From Octopus sinensis (lineage: Eukaryota), in contig NC_043004.1 of assembly GCF_006345805.1 (NCBI RefSeq), positions 11,346,001-11,410,000 on the forward strand: 64,000 nucleotides of DNA, in the 5' to 3' direction. A program made the translations under genes and the position numbers. Shown here in pieces: positions 60,816 through 64,000 of this stretch (within the stretch, counting starts at the first letter, position 1; every line of letters begins with the position of its first letter). The notes below the pieces were generated by a model, which had not been told where the DNA came from, ran no database searches, and saw only the letters and a program-made list of their open reading frames with translations.

Positions 60816-60915
<100 letters not shown>

Positions 60916-61072
60916 TATATAATATAATATATATATGTATATATATATATATATGTATATATATATGTATATATATGTATGTATATATATATATAGTATA
61001 TATATATATATATATATAATATATATATATATACATATGTGTGTGTGTGTGTGTGTACATATATATATATTA

Positions 61073-61971
61073 CGTTGGTAATTAAGTTCCTGCCGCTTTT
61101 TTAAATTTAAATTTTTTAAAAGGTTTAATAAAAAAAACAACTAATTAATCAATAATGTATTCACCCTTGTTGCTTACAACTTCTTCCCAATGTTCAAGAA
61201 GATTTTCAATACCTCGTTGGTAGAAATCATTCGATTTCGACTCGAAAAATGGATCCAACCAAGCTCTCATTTCTCCATAAGTATTGAACGAAACTCAGCG
61301 CATAGCATTTGGGAGAGATCGAAAGAGGTGGAAATCCGTTGGTGCCAAATCAGGAGAGTACGGCAGGTGTGGCAGCACTTCCCAGCGATGCGTTTCAATG
61401 GCTTCCTTAGTCATATTGGCGATATGAGGGCGGACGTTGTCGTGCAGCAGAACTCCATGCTGACAATTAGATCTTTTCTCTTGAATAGCCGTGTTAAGTC
61501 ATTCCATCTGTTGAACATATTGTTCCGCGTTGACCGTTTGGTTCCGTTCAAGTAATTTGTAATGGATAATCGCTTCCTAGTCCACCATACACACAACATC
61601 GTTTTCCGCGGATGAAGATCTTGGTTCACGCGCGGTGTCGCTTGTTTACCGGGACTAAGCCATTCCTTACGCTGCTTCATATTGATGTACAGGCACCATT
61701 TTTCGTCGCCATTAACGATTCGGCAAAGAAAATGCTGCTTGTGTCCATGAGTTGAGCGGTGACGCAAAAAGAAGGAGATGTCGAAAATGCTCGTTTTTCT
61801 TAACTTGACATTCCATTTTAATGATCTGAAAATTAAAAAAAATAACTAAAATTAACTAGAAAAAAACAAAGTAGATTCCAAAATGAGTCGAAAATAGAAT
61901 TCTAGAAAAAAATAGATTCTAAAATTTTAAAATGTGATAAATTCCAAAATTTAAATAAACGGCGGGAACTT

Positions 61972-61972
<1 letters not shown>
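61073..61972 (-). mobile_element. Mariner element, internally deleted and frameshifted (D,D34D type)
   Basis: TIR remnants TAAGTTCCTGCCGCTT / AAACGGCGGGAACTTA. Minus-strand translation gives FLCRIVNGDEKW, LHPRKTMLCVWW, LLHDNVRPH and YSPDLAPTDFHLFRSL. Embedded between TA/TG arrays. Confidence 0.92.
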
Positions 61973-62030
<58 letters not shown>

Positions 62031-62032
62031 GT

Positions 62033-62308
62033 GAAGGCGCAATGGTGGTTAGGGCAGCGGACTCGCGGTCGCAGGATCGCGGTTTCGATTCCCAGACCGG
62101 GCGTTGTGAGTGTTTATTGAGCGAAAACACCTAAAAGCTCCACGATGCTCCGGCAGGGGTGATGATCCCTGCTGTACTCTTTCACCACTATTTCATCCAC
62201 TCTTTCTTCTGTTGGCCTGCTCGCTTGGCATTCGAAGGCTAAAACAATGCGAATGCATTGTGACCAGCGATGTGTAACAACATATGATGGTCTGGTCAGT
62301 CACGTGAT

Positions 62309-62315
<7 letters not shown>
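62033..62315 (+). mobile_element. tRNA-derived SINE, head C + tail 3
   Basis: Head as at 86-250. A distinct tail ends GGTCTGGTCAG(TCACGTGA)2 followed by (TA)n. Confidence 0.85.
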
Positions 62316-62349
<34 letters not shown>

Positions 62350-63149
62350 TGTGTGTGGATAGGTGAAGGATTAAAATTAATCAAAGGACGTACCTGTTGG
62401 AAATAACAGTCAAACCTCTTATTTAAATTGCCTTCCTGCGGTTGATTTCTGTAGTTATTATCAGTGTATTTTGGCGATTTAAATAAATTTTGTTTGTTAT
62501 TTCAAGCAGGTAGACATACTTTGTATGTCCTTTGATTAATTTTAATTTTAATCCTTCAGGAATCTAATGGTTTTTGGGAGGCCTGCAATCGCTTATATTA
62601 TCTGAATCTGTTATTATCATTTTTAAATTGTTACACTAGATAATAATAGAGTCAATGATATCTTCCCAAATATTTCTTTCCTGAATTATTTGCTCCGTAT
62701 TGAAATTATATATGCATGTGTGTGAACACTTACACGTGCACACACTTACATACACTCATACATAAGCCAATATAATAGATGTATTTAAGAAATATACTTG
62801 TCTTCATTTCGAAAGTGGTTTAAATCTATGTTTTATGAGTGAATGACACATCGTGTTTAGCTGAGGTATTCATGATGCAGTTAGGTCATGTCAGAATACG
62901 GTAAACAACTGAGACACAGCACGAATGATATGGTATTATGAATATATGAAGTCAGTAACGGTAGAAACCATAATTGAATATATGTATATATATATCGCCA
63001 TTCATAAAGAGTCATTTGAATTCTATTGAAAATTTAATGATCTAACATACAGAACGGAGTTTCAAGTTCGGCTTGCTGCATGCTTAAAGAGACAGTTACT
63101 TGATGTATTTCTCTTCTATCATTTAGTCAATTGTCTTTAGATATCATAT

Positions 63150-63284
63150 TTCCGGTCAGTAGCATAATGAACACGAACGACACACACGCATGCGCACTGA
63201 CTTACACGTATGTATTTATTCATACAAGTATACACACACACACACAGAGAACACCTACACACAAGTATAGAAACCTGCACACAC

Positions 63285-63338
<54 letters not shown>

Positions 63339-63419
63339 CAATATATGTTAAATATATACAAATACACACACACACATAACATAAAGTAGTGAGAGTATGC
63401 GGAGTTTCATAAATAAACA

Positions 63420-63459
<40 letters not shown>

Positions 63460-64000
63460 TACGTATGTAGTATCATAATTATACACAAATACATAAAAAC
63501 CATATTCATATGATGCTATTGTTGTTATTACTGCCATGTTAATTTTTGTTGTTGTTTTCTTGTGTTATTTTAGCTTTTGTTTTTTTTGTTTTTTTTATCG
63601 TGGTACTGTATTTGTTGTTGCTGTTGTTATCGCAACATTAATAGCACTCTCATAATTCACTCATGATTTCCCTCATAAAATCATAAACACAATTACAAAA
63701 GAGTTATGAAAACGTGTTTAAAGATACATTAATATATATTTAAGAGGCGTTGTGTGTATACCTACGGCATCGCATGTTTGCATTAACTATAACCGAATCA
63801 GCCTATGTGAAATGTTATCTGAGTGTGCATGTTATCACACACACATCCATGCATATATACATACATACCTACATACATATACACATACATACAGAAATAT
63901 ATACACGCATACACATACATATACACATACATTCATATACACATAATACATACATACGTACATATATACATACATACATATATACATACATACACACACA
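63150..64000 (+). repeat. (CA)n/(TA)n/(CATA)n-rich low-complexity region
   Basis: Direct reading. Confidence 0.85.

Overview
Eukaryotic, AT-rich, repeat-saturated window with no host gene I can confidently identify. The SINE repertoire and the very high density of (TA)n/(CA)n/(GATA)n/(AAT)n arrays suggest a coleoid cephalopod, probably Octopus (inference, not verified). Recognisable content: (1) a same-strand cluster of four R4/Dong-type non-LTR retrotransposon pieces (RT plus restriction-like endonuclease) interleaved with (AAT)n arrays, 7.9-14.0 kb; (2) a young CR1/L2-group LINE on the minus strand with an uninterrupted APE+RT ORF2 (54730-57831) and an ORF1 with Myb/SANT-like and CCCH motifs; (3) a decayed Penelope-like element (RT plus GIY-YIG, 47.9-49.8 kb); (4) two mariner relics, a Tc1/mariner foldback, a decayed hAT/Buster transposase and several MITE-like inverted repeats; (5) about 35 tRNA-headed SINE copies, here labelled families A-D. 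Most ORFs in the supplied track are microsatellite artefacts. The most interesting signals are in the retroposon RNA architecture. SINE-A and the LINE share a 40-nt 3' tail whose hairpin shows compensatory base changes. SINE-B occurs as 1-, 2- and 3-unit concatemers of a 184-bp unit, bracketed by a single target-site duplication (TSD) at most loci. SINE heads C and D are combined with three different tails. SINE-A carries a hypervariable internal microsatellite. SINE and relic boundaries are approximate (about +/-20 bp) unless a TSD or TIR is quoted.
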